NCBI GenBank assembly: GCA_963706595.1
Contig: OY970166.1
Span: 4,000,001 to 4,064,000 of the forward strand
Direction: 5' to 3'
DNA length: 64,000 nt
Origin: an uncultured cyanobacterium
Lineage (GTDB): Bacteria; Cyanobacteriota; Cyanobacteriia; Cyanobacteriales; Nostocaceae
The notes under the pieces are model-generated. The model saw only the letters and a program-made list of their open reading frames with translations. It had not been told where the DNA came from and ran no database searches. The position numbers were made by a program, and so were the translations under genes. Shown piece by piece: positions 1 to 9,946 of this stretch; position 1 is the stretch's first letter, and the number at the start of each line of letters is the position of its first letter.

Positions 1-291
1 TTGAACAACGTGTTTGCGAAGATAAGCTGTGATATTTTCTAATATTTCTAAAGCAATTAAAACGTTTAAAAATAATCCAAAAATTGTAAATAAAATTTGA
101 TTAAATTCGCCATATTTACTAGTAAATAGTTCATTAATTAGGTAAATTACTAAATCAAAAATTGCGACTATAATTACCACTACCATTGCTAGTGACAATA
201 CCTTGGAGACAAGCACCTCAAACTTTTCTATCAGGTGCATAAAATTATCGTCCCTAGCAAGATTCCCAATCTTTCTGAATAGATGCCTCAT
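1..291 (-). CDS. PsiE-family (phosphate-starvation-inducible E-like) membrane protein, 3' end beyond window edge; missing from ORF track
   Basis: Manual translation from ATG at 291: MRHLFRKIGNLARDDNFMHLIEKFEVLVSKVLSLAMVVVII...FGLFLNVLIALEILENITAYLRKHVVQ, open to position 1; hydrophobic helices and the LIALEILENI motif. Confidence 0.8.
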   Translation of the reverse strand, partial: MRHLFRKIGNLARDDNFMHLIEKFEVLVSKVLSLAMVVVIIVAIFDLVIYLINELFTSKYGEFNQILFTIFGLFLNVLIALEILENITAYLRKHVVQ

Positions 292-565
292 TTGCTATAA
301 TTTAAGAGATTCAAAATAATCTTAATTCTTTGGTGTCAAATATAAATATAAATATGGAATAATCACTAATGCAATCAGCGTAGAGGCACATAATTCTCCC
401 TGGCGAACTCAGCTATTTTATACAGTTTAGCGGTTTAAAGTCAATCAAAGTCAATTTTTATAGCTCAAAAAAGCCCACAGACTCGAATCCTGGGGCTATA
501 AAACTCGTAATTCGCAATTGAGTAAGTCAGTTGTGTATCTGCCGCATTCGTGTTTCAAATTGGTC

Positions 566-2770
566 TCACTGATGCGATCGCATTTCTAAAAATGTGAACC
601 TTGCAGGTAACTCTGCATTGACTGGGGTTAGTTGTACAGCACAAGCTTTTAATTCTGGTTGGAGTGAATCTGGGCAAGATTCAGGATGGGTGAGGGTGTT
701 GGCTTCGGCATCATCTGCCCATAAAGCCCCCCAGTGCATGGGGATAAATACTGTCCCAGGTGCGATCGCTTTCGTAATTTTAGCAGGAAATTTGGTTTTA
801 CCCCGACGCGATCGCACTTCCACTATTTGATTTTCTGTAATATTTAACCTAGCAGCATCACGGGGATGAATCTCAATAAACGGTTCTGGGTGCATTTTGC
901 GGATTTTTTCAATGTGTCCCGTGCGCGTTTGCGTGTGCCAATGCCCATAAAGTCGCCCAGTTGTCAAGACAAAAGGATAATTAGAATCTGGTGGTTCTGC
1001 TAAACCCTTAGAATAATATGCGCCAAAACGCGCCCTTCCGTCTGGGGTGCGGAAACGTAAATCTGTGTAAAGACGTTTATATTCCCCACTCCCCACTCCC
1101 CACTCCCCACTCCCCTTATTTGGATGAGGCCATTGAGTCGGTCCGTTGATTTGTAATTGTTCGTGACTAATACCAGTCATATCGCAGAGGCGATCGCCTG
1201 TCAATTGCACAAACTCCGCATAAACTTGAGATGAGTTAGCAAAGGTAAATTCTTTCTCAAAACCCAATCTGCGCCCCACCTCGGCGAAAATTTCCCAATC
1301 GGCTTTGGCTTCTCTGGGCGGTTGGCGGAAGGCTTGACACAAAGTCACCGTTCTTTCCGAATTAGTCATCACGCCAGTTTTTTCACCCCACTGGGCGGCG
1401 GGTAAAAGAATGTGAGCGTAAGCAGAGGTTTCTGTGGGATAATACGCATCTTGGTAGATTGTTAAAGGCGATCGCCATAAAGCCTTTTTAGTTCTTTCTA
1501 AATCTGGCATACTCACAGCCGGATTAGTCGCCGCAATCCACAGTAAACCCACAGCGTCATTTTCCAAACCAGTAATCATATCCCAAGCAGTTAAACCCGG
1601 AGTAGGTGAAATTTGCCCAGGTTCTAAACCCCAAAACTGCTCAACTTCCGCACGATGTTGGGGATTTTTTACCAAACGATAACCGGGTAACAAATGCGCC
1701 AAACCCCCAGCTTCCCGTCCTCCCATCGCATTCGGCTGACCCGTCAGGGAAAAAGGTCCCGCCCCTGGCTTACCAACTTGTCCAGTCATCAAATGCAGAT
1801 TAATGATAGTTCTGACCTTGGCTGTACCTTCACTGGATTGATTGACACCCATTGACCACAGAGAAAGCACCCGTTGAGATTCCCCCCAGTACCGGGCTGC
1901 GGTTTCTAAATCTTCAATACTGATACCACATTGACGCGCCGCAACGTCTGGGGTGTAATGACGAATCACCTCAGCATATTCCGAAAAATTGCTCGTACAA
2001 TCATCAATAAAACCGATATCAATATAATTCCAACGCATCAATAAATGAGCCATCCCATTCATCAAATCAATATCTGTACCCGGACGAATAGCTAAATGTA
2101 AATCAGCAGCTTCAGCCGTTGGTGTCCGCCGAGGATCGACCACAATCATTTTGACGTGGCGATTTTTTTTATGATGTTTTACCAACCTGTTAAAAACGAT
2201 GGGGTGACATTCCGCCGTATTCGTACCAATTAAAAATGCACAATCAGTTAAATCTAAATCTTCATAACAACAAGGTGGTCCATCTGAGCCAAAACTTTGA
2301 ATATATCCAGACACAGCACTAGACATACATAAACGCGAATTGGCATCAAAATTATTAGTACCCAGACATCCTTTAAGAAGTTTCTGAGCTATATAATAGT
2401 CTTCAGTTTGAAACTGACCAGAACCATACATACAAATAGCTTCAGAACCCTGAGTGCTGCGAATTGTTTGGATACGTTGCGTAATAATATTAAAAACTTC
2501 ATCCCAACTAACCCGGCGAAACTCCTGATTTAAAGAGTCTCGCATCATTGGGTAATGTAATCTACTTTTATCTAAAGATTCAGCAATGGTTGCACCCTTA
2601 ACACAAACCATGCCTTTACTTGACGGATGAGATTTATCACCCCGTACCCGCCAAATTGGATTTCCCTGACTATCTCGATTAGTTGCTTTTGCCAATTGCG
2701 CCGGGGGTGAAACTTCCAGTCCACAACCCACACCGCAGTAAGGACAAAGAGTTTTAGTAAATTCAGTCAT
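566..2770 (-). CDS. narB: Ferredoxin-nitrate reductase (Mo-bisPGD, 4Fe-4S)
   Basis: N-terminal CPYCGVGC...C Fe-S motif, molybdopterin oxidoreductase motifs, located at the end of the nir operon. Confidence 0.97.
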   Translation of the reverse strand: MTEFTKTLCPYCGVGCGLEVSPPAQLAKATNRDSQGNPIWRVRGDKSHPSSKGMVCVKGATIAESLDKSRLHYPMMRDSLNQEFRRVSWDEVFNIITQRIQTIRSTQGSEAICMYGSGQFQTEDYYIAQKLLKGCLGTNNFDANSRLCMSSAVSGYIQSFGSDGPPCCYEDLDLTDCAFLIGTNTAECHPIVFNRLVKHHKKNRHVKMIVVDPRRTPTAEAADLHLAIRPGTDIDLMNGMAHLLMRWNYIDIGFIDDCTSNFSEYAEVIRHYTPDVAARQCGISIEDLETAARYWGESQRVLSLWSMGVNQSSEGTAKVRTIINLHLMTGQVGKPGAGPFSLTGQPNAMGGREAGGLAHLLPGYRLVKNPQHRAEVEQFWGLEPGQISPTPGLTAWDMITGLENDAVGLLWIAATNPAVSMPDLERTKKALWRSPLTIYQDAYYPTETSAYAHILLPAAQWGEKTGVMTNSERTVTLCQAFRQPPREAKADWEIFAEVGRRLGFEKEFTFANSSQVYAEFVQLTGDRLCDMTGISHEQLQINGPTQWPHPNKGSGEWGVGSGEYKRLYTDLRFRTPDGRARFGAYYSKGLAEPPDSNYPFVLTTGRLYGHWHTQTRTGHIEKIRKMHPEPFIEIHPRDAARLNITENQIVEVRSRRGKTKFPAKITKAIAPGTVFIPMHWGALWADDAEANTLTHPESCPDSLQPELKACAVQLTPVNAELPARFTFLEMRSHQ
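1083..1115. repeat. STRR-type heptamer array (TCCCCAC)x4.7 inside narB, in frame
   Basis: Tandem heptamers encoding [11 protein letters not shown]. Confidence 0.9.
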
Positions 2771-2827
2771 GGTAGATTGCTTTGAGTGGGAGTCGGAAAT
2801 GGGAAGAGAAGAATTTTCTTAATTAGT

Positions 2828-2921
2828 ACGGACTTACGCAAAAACTCTCTAAAACTCTTCCTTCTTTCTTTGCGTCCTTTGCGTCCTTTGCGGTTCGTTT
2901 TTCATGATTTTACGTAAGTCC
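2828..2921. mobile_element. MITE-like element with inverted ends GGACTTACG...CGTAAGTCC and internal 9-mer repeats
   Basis: ggacttacgcaaaa ... ttttacgtaagtcc inverted ends; internal (ttgcgtcct) repeats. Confidence 0.6.
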
Positions 2922-2941
2922 CTAAAGCCCAATGACTACTT

Positions 2942-4453
2942 TTAATCCTTAGTAAAAGCAGGGAACTCTTCTGCTGTCAGTTCTGGTTCATCACCCTCAT
3001 GGTGTTCAGCAAATGAACCTTGAGGTTCCTTCAGCAAAAAAGCACAAAGGAAAGTCACAACCAACGCACTCACACCCAGAGTCTGAAAAAAGATTTGATT
3101 CCCAACATCACCTGCTGGTAAAAAACTGTATAAAGTCAAGTAAGCCACAGCGCCAACATTGCCGTAAGCACCAACATTCCCAGCAATCTGTCCAGTAATT
3201 CGCCGCTTCACTAAAGGTACAATCGCATAAGTAGAACCTTCCCCAGCTTGGACAAAAAATGAACAAGTCATCGTCAGTAAAATTGCTATAGCTAACCACC
3301 AATTACCACTGACACCACTCATTACTAGATAAGCAATACCCATACCACCAGTCAGTATAGTCATTGTCCATTTACGACTCCCGACAGTATCTGAAACCCA
3401 ACCACCACCGGGACGTGCAACTAAATTCATGAATGCGTAACTAGCAGCAATCATCCCGGCTAATACTTTGCTGAGGCTGAAAGTTGATTCAAAAAATGCC
3501 GGTAGCATAGAAACAACTGCTAACTCTGAACCAAAGTTGACGAAATAAGTTAGTTCTAAAATTGCTACTTGCGAAAACTGATAACGGTCTTTAGCAGCAT
3601 ATTGTTTTTTACCTCTCATCAAGTCTTGGTTCACGTCCCAGCACTTATACGCTTGGAAGAGGTACAGACCAATTAACAAAAAGTAGACAATAAATAACTG
3701 TGTTGGAGAAAGTAAACCAATTTTAGAAATGCGCCAAGCTAATATGGCTAAAATGCCCACTAAGGGAATATTGGTTAACATCAATAGCCAAAAGCTTTTC
3801 TTGGTAGTAACTTCTATCCCACCGTGACGAGAGGGACGCTGATAAACTTTGCCAGAGGGAGTATCTTCAACATTGAAGAAATAGATCACTCCATAGATAG
3901 CAGCTATTATCCCAGTTAATGCGATCGCCAGTCGCCAGTTAAGTTGACCAACAGTGAAAAAAGCCGTCGCCGCCGCTAGTGAAGGTAAAGTAAAAGCCGC
4001 AGCTGCTGAACCAAAATTACCCCAACCACCATAAATTCCCTCTGCAATGCCAATTTCTTTGGGAGGGAACCATTCAGCAACCATGCGAATCCCAATTACA
4101 AACCCAGCACCGACTATACTTAGCGCCAAGCGACTGATTACCAACTGGCTGAAGTTTTGGGCTAAAGCAAAAGCCAAACAGGGAATAGCCGCATACATCA
4201 GCAAGATTGAATAAGTAATCCGTGGACCATACTTATCTAGAACCATACCAATAATAATCCGGGCTGGCACAGTCAGGGCTACGTTGCAGATAGCGATAGT
4301 TCTAACTTGTCCTTCACTTAAACTAAACGCTTCTTTAATAGCCGTTTGAAAAGGTGCAAAGTTAAACCAGACCACAAATGATAAAAAGAATGCAAACCAA
4401 GTCAGATGTAATATCCGGTAACGACCCTGTAATGAAAATAATCCTCTAAGCAT
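2942..4453 (-). CDS. nrtP: MFS nitrate/nitrite permease (NarK/NNP family)
   Basis: 12-TM MFS pattern with NNP signature GGWGNFG and AGNVGAYGNVG; located between nrtD and narB. Confidence 0.93.
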   Translation of the reverse strand: MLRGLFSLQGRYRILHLTWFAFFLSFVVWFNFAPFQTAIKEAFSLSEGQVRTIAICNVALTVPARIIIGMVLDKYGPRITYSILLMYAAIPCLAFALAQNFSQLVISRLALSIVGAGFVIGIRMVAEWFPPKEIGIAEGIYGGWGNFGSAAAAFTLPSLAAATAFFTVGQLNWRLAIALTGIIAAIYGVIYFFNVEDTPSGKVYQRPSRHGGIEVTTKKSFWLLMLTNIPLVGILAILAWRISKIGLLSPTQLFIVYFLLIGLYLFQAYKCWDVNQDLMRGKKQYAAKDRYQFSQVAILELTYFVNFGSELAVVSMLPAFFESTFSLSKVLAGMIAASYAFMNLVARPGGGWVSDTVGSRKWTMTILTGGMGIAYLVMSGVSGNWWLAIAILLTMTCSFFVQAGEGSTYAIVPLVKRRITGQIAGNVGAYGNVGAVAYLTLYSFLPAGDVGNQIFFQTLGVSALVVTFLCAFLLKEPQGSFAEHHEGDEPELTAEEFPAFTKD

Positions 4454-4477
4454 TCAATATTCCCTTATTAAATTCCT

Positions 4478-4542
4478 GTAGAGACGCGATTCATCGCGTC
4501 TTCTTCCTTGCGATTCATCGCGTCTTCTTCCTTGCGATTCAT
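4478..4542. repeat. REP-like palindrome GTAGAGACGCGATTCATCGCGTCT with local 24-bp tandem duplication
   Basis: gcgattcatcgcgtcttcttcctt x2 plus a partial copy. Confidence 0.75.
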
Positions 4543-4556
4543 GCAATTATTATTAT

Positions 4557-5396
4557 TTAATCTTCAGGATGAGCGCATCGACTAAACAGAAAATCTAAAG
4601 CATAATTACGCAGGTGATAGTATTCTGGATCTTCCATAATCTGGCGACGATTGCGGGGACGAGAAAAAGGAATATCTAACACTTCACCGATGTTAGCGGC
4701 TGGTCCATTGGTCATCATCACCAGTCTGTCTGCTAAGAACAGGGCTTCATCAATGTCATGAGTAATCATCAAAACAGTCACTTGATGTTCTTGCCAAATT
4801 TGCAGTAATTCCTCTTGTAATTCCTCTTTAGTAATGGCATCCAAAGCCCCAAAAGGTTCATCTAAAATCAACACTTGTGGACGGATGGAAAGGGCGCGTG
4901 CGATCGCGACTCGTTGCTTCATCCCGCCAGAAATCTGACTAGGTTTTTTATCAGCAGCTTCCGTCAATCCCACCATTGCCAAATGTTCTTTAACAATCGC
5001 CCTTTTTTCTGCCGTGGTTTTAGTCGTAAACACTGAATCAACGGCTAGATAAACGTTCTCAAAAACACTCAGCCAAGGTAGTAGACAGTAATTTTGAAAA
5101 ACCATCATCCTGTCTGGTCCTGGTTCGGTGATGGGTTGATCTTGGAGAAAGACAACACCATCAGTAGGGGTGTTAAACCCAGATACCATATTCAACAGGG
5201 TTGATTTGCCACAGCCAGAGTGACCAATAATGCAGACAAATTCACCTTCACGAACTTTCAGGTCAACGCCATCAATTACGGTGTAAGGACCCTGAGAGGT
5301 TGGATAAATTTTGCTAACACCATCAATTACTAAAAAATTTTCTTTTTTCTGAGCTAACACTTGATTAATTTGAGTATTTTTGTTTACTAATTGCAT
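4557..5396 (-). CDS. nrtD: Nitrate ABC transporter ATPase
   Basis: Walker A GHSGCGKST, signature ISGGMKQ, operon position. Confidence 0.95.
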   Translation of the reverse strand: MQLVNKNTQINQVLAQKKENFLVIDGVSKIYPTSQGPYTVIDGVDLKVREGEFVCIIGHSGCGKSTLLNMVSGFNTPTDGVVFLQDQPITEPGPDRMMVFQNYCLLPWLSVFENVYLAVDSVFTTKTTAEKRAIVKEHLAMVGLTEAADKKPSQISGGMKQRVAIARALSIRPQVLILDEPFGALDAITKEELQEELLQIWQEHQVTVLMITHDIDEALFLADRLVMMTNGPAANIGEVLDIPFSRPRNRRQIMEDPEYYHLRNYALDFLFSRCAHPED

Positions 5397-5534
5397 AAAT
5401 TTAATTTTGGTTAATATTTGTTTAAACGAACCGCAAAGGACGCAAAGTACACAAAGTTAAGAAAGAAAAGAAGAGAGATGTTTCTTGCAAATTTCTTAAA
5501 CTCTTCCTTTGCGCCTCTGCGCCTTTGCGTGAAC

Positions 5535-7523
5535 CTAAATCAACACCTCTTCAATTTGAAACTGACGGTTAATTTCTAAGTTTTTGAGATATTCAATTGG
5601 TTCAGAAGAATTAAAAACTTTGCCATCAAATAAATGAATCGGATCATCCCAACCAATATCCAGTAAGCCTAAATCTCTCGCAGCAGCACCAAATAAATCT
5701 GCACGACAAACTCTTTCAATCACTTCTACCCAATTTTTAGGAAATGGTACTAAACCCCAACGCGCTAGTTGAGTCACCATCCACAAAATTTCGGTACGGT
5801 TGGGATAGTTGGTTTTATTGAGATAAAACTGGTTGTATGCTGTGAGTTGTTCTGGGAGAGTACCATCACCGCGATCATAAGGATCGATGAAACCAGGACG
5901 GACATAAGCTGGATCTACATTCAGATACTCAGGACGGCAGATTAATTTGAGAATTTCTTCCCGGTTGCGGAGTTCATCACAGTATTTACACGCTTCTAAT
6001 AGTCCTTTAATTAGCGCCTGATAGGTTTTTGGATGCTGATGCGCCCAATCTTCCCGGACTCCCAAAACTTTTTTCGGCTGTCCTGACCAAATTTCTAAGG
6101 CGGTAGCAGCTACGAAGCCTAAGCCTTGATGAACAGCCATGTAATTCCAAGGTTCCCCCGCACAATAACCGTCAATATTACCGGCTTTGAGTTGAGAAAC
6201 CATTTCCATTGGTGGAATTACACTCAAGCTGACATCTTTATCCGGATCTATCCCCCCAGCCGCTAGCCAGTAACGCAGAATTAAGTTCTGCATTGAGGTG
6301 GGATGAACTACTCCTAATGTGAGAATTTTGTCAGGAGAAGCATTAATCACCGCTTTGAGATCAGCTGGTTTTCTGACACCTTGGTTGTATAAGTTTTTGC
6401 TTAAGGTAATCGCGTTAGCGTTACGGGAGATATTCAAGGCATTAATTATACAAGTCGGTGTTTTACCACCAGCACCCAAAGTCATGGCTAAAGGCATTCC
6501 CGCCAGCATTTGAGCCGCATCTAATCTGCCTGTAGCAACATTTTTGGCAATTTCGTTCCAACTAGAAGCACGGGTTAGGGTAATTTTTTCTAAGCCGTAT
6601 TTAGCAAAGAAGCCTTTTTCTTGGGCAATAATTAAAGGTGCAGCATCAGTTAAAGGCATAAAGCCAATATCTAAATTGACTTTTTCTAAGCCTCTGTGAG
6701 ATATCCCCACTGATACGGTAATTTGCTGTGATTTGCGTTTTTTCGCTTGTTTTTGTTGGTTGAGGAAGTAAATAATTTCGTTTCGCAGACTGTAGTAATT
6801 GGGATGTTTGACTACTTCCAAACGTTCACGGGGTCGAGGAATTGGCACTTCCAGAATTTGCCCAATGTGTGCTTCTGGACCATTGGTTAACATGACGACG
6901 CGATCGCTCAACAATAAAGCTTCATCCACATCGTGTGTCACCATCACACAAGTAACATTGTGTTCGTTACAGATTTTCATTAATTGTGCTTGCAAACTCC
7001 CCCGTGTCAAGGCATCCAGCGCCCCAAAGGGTTCATCGAGTAGCAACAACTTCGGACGAGTAGCCAAAGCACGCGCGATCGCCACTCGTTGTTTCATTCC
7101 CCCAGACAACTCATGAGGACGTTTAGTCGCCGCTAGGCGCAGTCCTACCATGTCGATATGTTCTTCAACAATACCCCGACGTTGACCTTTGGGTTCATGT
7201 TTATACACCTCATCCACAGCCAAAGCGATATTTTCCCGTACTGTTAACCAAGGAAGCAACGAATAATTTTGAAACACCACCATCCTGTCTGGGCTAGGGT
7301 CTCTAACTTCCCGCCCTTCTAAAGTCACACCACCAATACTTGCCCTATCTAGACCTGCAATAATATTTAGCAGAGTAGATTTACCACAACCAGAGTGTCC
7401 AATTAAAGAAACAAATTCCCCCTCTTTAATTTTCAACTCAATATTTTTGAGAGCAATATACTTACCCCCATTCGGCAAATCAAAAACCCGATCAACGTGA
7501 TCAACTTCAACAAAAATAGTCAT
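5535..7523 (-). CDS. nrtC: Nitrate ABC transporter ATPase with C-terminal NrtA-like regulatory domain
   Basis: ABC domain followed by a solute-binding-like domain (GEPWN motif); 662 aa. Confidence 0.96.
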   Translation of the reverse strand: MTIFVEVDHVDRVFDLPNGGKYIALKNIELKIKEGEFVSLIGHSGCGKSTLLNIIAGLDRASIGGVTLEGREVRDPSPDRMVVFQNYSLLPWLTVRENIALAVDEVYKHEPKGQRRGIVEEHIDMVGLRLAATKRPHELSGGMKQRVAIARALATRPKLLLLDEPFGALDALTRGSLQAQLMKICNEHNVTCVMVTHDVDEALLLSDRVVMLTNGPEAHIGQILEVPIPRPRERLEVVKHPNYYSLRNEIIYFLNQQKQAKKRKSQQITVSVGISHRGLEKVNLDIGFMPLTDAAPLIIAQEKGFFAKYGLEKITLTRASSWNEIAKNVATGRLDAAQMLAGMPLAMTLGAGGKTPTCIINALNISRNANAITLSKNLYNQGVRKPADLKAVINASPDKILTLGVVHPTSMQNLILRYWLAAGGIDPDKDVSLSVIPPMEMVSQLKAGNIDGYCAGEPWNYMAVHQGLGFVAATALEIWSGQPKKVLGVREDWAHQHPKTYQALIKGLLEACKYCDELRNREEILKLICRPEYLNVDPAYVRPGFIDPYDRGDGTLPEQLTAYNQFYLNKTNYPNRTEILWMVTQLARWGLVPFPKNWVEVIERVCRADLFGAAARDLGLLDIGWDDPIHLFDGKVFNSSEPIEYLKNLEINRQFQIEEVLI

Positions 7524-7638
7524 ATTTAATTCGTAATTCGTAATTAGAAGATGGAAATAAAAACCTCTTCCTTTTCTTCCTTTTCTTTCTTAACTTGGCG
7601 TACTTGGCGTACTTGGCGGTTCGTTAAAAAAATCTTCT

Positions 7639-8478
7639 CTACTTTTGTTCAGCCACAACCTTACCAGCAATAAATTCCACCAACTTATCAAGCAGCAAAC
7701 CCACCAAACCGACATATATCAGAGCGATAATAATCTCACTCAAATTAGTATCCGTACTCGTGTTATAAGCATTCCAAATAAACGAACCAATGCCCACACC
7801 ACCAACCAACATTTCTGCGGCGACAATCGCTAACCAAGATAAACCAATGCCAATTCGTAACCCGGTGAATATATAAGGAACCGTGGCAGGAAACACAATT
7901 TTCACGAAATACTTTAGTCCTTTTAGACGTAAAACCCTCGCCACATTGACATAATCTTGAGGAATTTGTTGCACCCCTACCGTAGTATTAATAATAATCG
8001 GCCAAATAGAGGTAATGAAAATCACAAAAATAGCCGAAGGATTAGCTTGTTGAAATGCCGCCAGTGAAATAGGTAGCCATGCTAGAGGCGGTACAGTTCG
8101 CAAAACTTGAAATAGAGGGTCTACAGCATTATAAATAAATCGATTAGTACCAACTAAAATCCCCACCACTACGCCCACAATGGCTGCTAGCGAAAATCCC
8201 CAAGCAACTCGTTCTAAGCTACTGAGTATTTGCCAACCCAAACCTTTATCACTTTCGCCATTATCAAAAAATGGATGAATGATAAAAGGATCAAAAGTAT
8301 CATTAAAGGTTTTGATTGGACCAGGTAGCTGAAAATCGGGGATTAAAACCAGTAGCTCCCAAATTACTAGAAAGACAGCTAATGCTACTAATGGCGGAAC
8401 TATTTTTTCTACCACTAGTTTATTAATAGCCTTTACCGATTTATTACTTTTAAAGCGACTCCCCGTAATAGCAGCCAT
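7639..8478 (-). CDS. nrtB: Nitrate ABC transporter permease
   Basis: LRTVPPLAWLP and AIVAAEM motifs; transmembrane helices. Confidence 0.95.
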   Translation of the reverse strand: MAAITGSRFKSNKSVKAINKLVVEKIVPPLVALAVFLVIWELLVLIPDFQLPGPIKTFNDTFDPFIIHPFFDNGESDKGLGWQILSSLERVAWGFSLAAIVGVVVGILVGTNRFIYNAVDPLFQVLRTVPPLAWLPISLAAFQQANPSAIFVIFITSIWPIIINTTVGVQQIPQDYVNVARVLRLKGLKYFVKIVFPATVPYIFTGLRIGIGLSWLAIVAAEMLVGGVGIGSFIWNAYNTSTDTNLSEIIIALIYVGLVGLLLDKLVEFIAGKVVAEQK

Positions 8479-8537
8479 TTTTTATCTCCCCTCTCAAATT
8501 CGGTTGATTACAAAAGAATTCATTGAATCGGCGGTAA

Positions 8538-9848
8538 TTAGACTTTCTTAATTTTCAAACTATTTAAATATTCTTGGGGTTTCTCTGGGTCAAATTTGAC
8601 TCCATCAAAGAAAGTCTCTATACCACGAGAATTACTGGTAGGAATTTGAGAATCAGGCACACTGACTGCTTTAGCTGCTTGCTTCCATAAATCTTCTTTA
8701 TTCACCTGATCAACAATTTCCTGAATCTTGGTATCCTTGGGCAAATAACCCCAGCGAATATTTTCAGTTAAGAACCAAATATCATGACTCTTATAGGGAT
8801 ATGAAGCATTATCTGCCCAGAATTTCATCCGATATGGGAAATTTTTCTCAGTGCGTCCATCACCAAAATCAATATTGCCTTTGGATCTTTCGACAATATC
8901 GGCAACTGCAACGTTAAAATATTTACGTTCTGAGCAGATTTTGCACATTTCTTCAGTGTTTTCTGGCTTATCGCACCATTGTTGTGCTTCTATAACTGCC
9001 ATCAACATTGCCTGTGCTGCGTTAGGATTTTGATCAACCCAATCTTGGCGCATAGCAAAGGCTTTCTCTGGATGGTCATTCCATAATTCGCCTGTAACTA
9101 AGGCTGAATAACCAATGTCTTGGTTTACCAACTGAGCGTTCCAAGGTTCTCCCACACAGAAAGAATCAATGGTGTTTACTTTCATATTGGCGACCATTTG
9201 TGGTGGTGGTACAGGTGATAAAACCACATCTTGGTCTGGATTGATACCACCAGCCGCTAGCCAGTAGCGCATCCATAAATCATGTGTACCACCAGGAAAG
9301 GTCATACCAAATTTCAAAGCATTTTGCGCGGATTTAGCTTGAGAAGCCGCTTCTTTCAATGCCTTACTTTCTAACTTGACATTGAACTCTTTAAATTTCT
9401 TGGCTACAGAAATCGCCTGACCGTTGGTGTTTAACCGTGCCAAAATGTACATTGGCACTATATTATTGATGGTCATTAAGTAAGGCATGGGGCTGAGGAT
9501 GTGTGCGCCATCAATCCCACCACCACCTGAACCAAGTGCCAAATTATCGCGGGTGACAGGCCAGGAGTTTTGCTTAATCACATCGACCTCAGTCATGCCG
9601 TATTTAGCAAAGAAACCTTTTTCTTTCGCGATAATTAAGGGAGCAGAATCAGTTAAGGCGATAAATCCTAACTTAGCTTTGGTTGTTTCTACCTGTGGTG
9701 CATTAGCTGCTAAAGAAACGTTAGTAGCAGGGGTTGTTGTCCCTGTCTCTGTTTGAGAATTATTGCTAGAACAACCATGAGCCAAGATAGAAGCTGCGGC
9801 TGCTGCACCGGCGCTAAAAATAAATTGTCTTCTAGGAAAGTTTGACAT
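8538..9848 (-). CDS. nrtA: Nitrate/nitrite-binding lipoprotein
   Basis: RR signal plus lipobox HGC; GFIALTD, GGTHD and VGEPWN motifs. Confidence 0.95.
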   Translation of the reverse strand: MSNFPRRQFIFSAGAAAAASILAHGCSSNNSQTETGTTTPATNVSLAANAPQVETTKAKLGFIALTDSAPLIIAKEKGFFAKYGMTEVDVIKQNSWPVTRDNLALGSGGGGIDGAHILSPMPYLMTINNIVPMYILARLNTNGQAISVAKKFKEFNVKLESKALKEAASQAKSAQNALKFGMTFPGGTHDLWMRYWLAAGGINPDQDVVLSPVPPPQMVANMKVNTIDSFCVGEPWNAQLVNQDIGYSALVTGELWNDHPEKAFAMRQDWVDQNPNAAQAMLMAVIEAQQWCDKPENTEEMCKICSERKYFNVAVADIVERSKGNIDFGDGRTEKNFPYRMKFWADNASYPYKSHDIWFLTENIRWGYLPKDTKIQEIVDQVNKEDLWKQAAKAVSVPDSQIPTSNSRGIETFFDGVKFDPEKPQEYLNSLKIKKV

Positions 9849-9867
9849 TTTTGCTTAGTTGTGATGA

Positions 9868-9946
9868 ACGAATTACGTTAGCGAAGCTCCTCTGAAAGAG
9901 GCACTACGAATTACGAATTACGAATTACGAATTACGAATTACGAAC
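9868..9946. repeat. (ACGAATT)n heptamer array interrupted by a small hairpin insert
   Basis: acgaattacg[ttagcgaagctcctctgaaagaggcact]acgaatt followed by about 5 more units. Confidence 0.8.
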
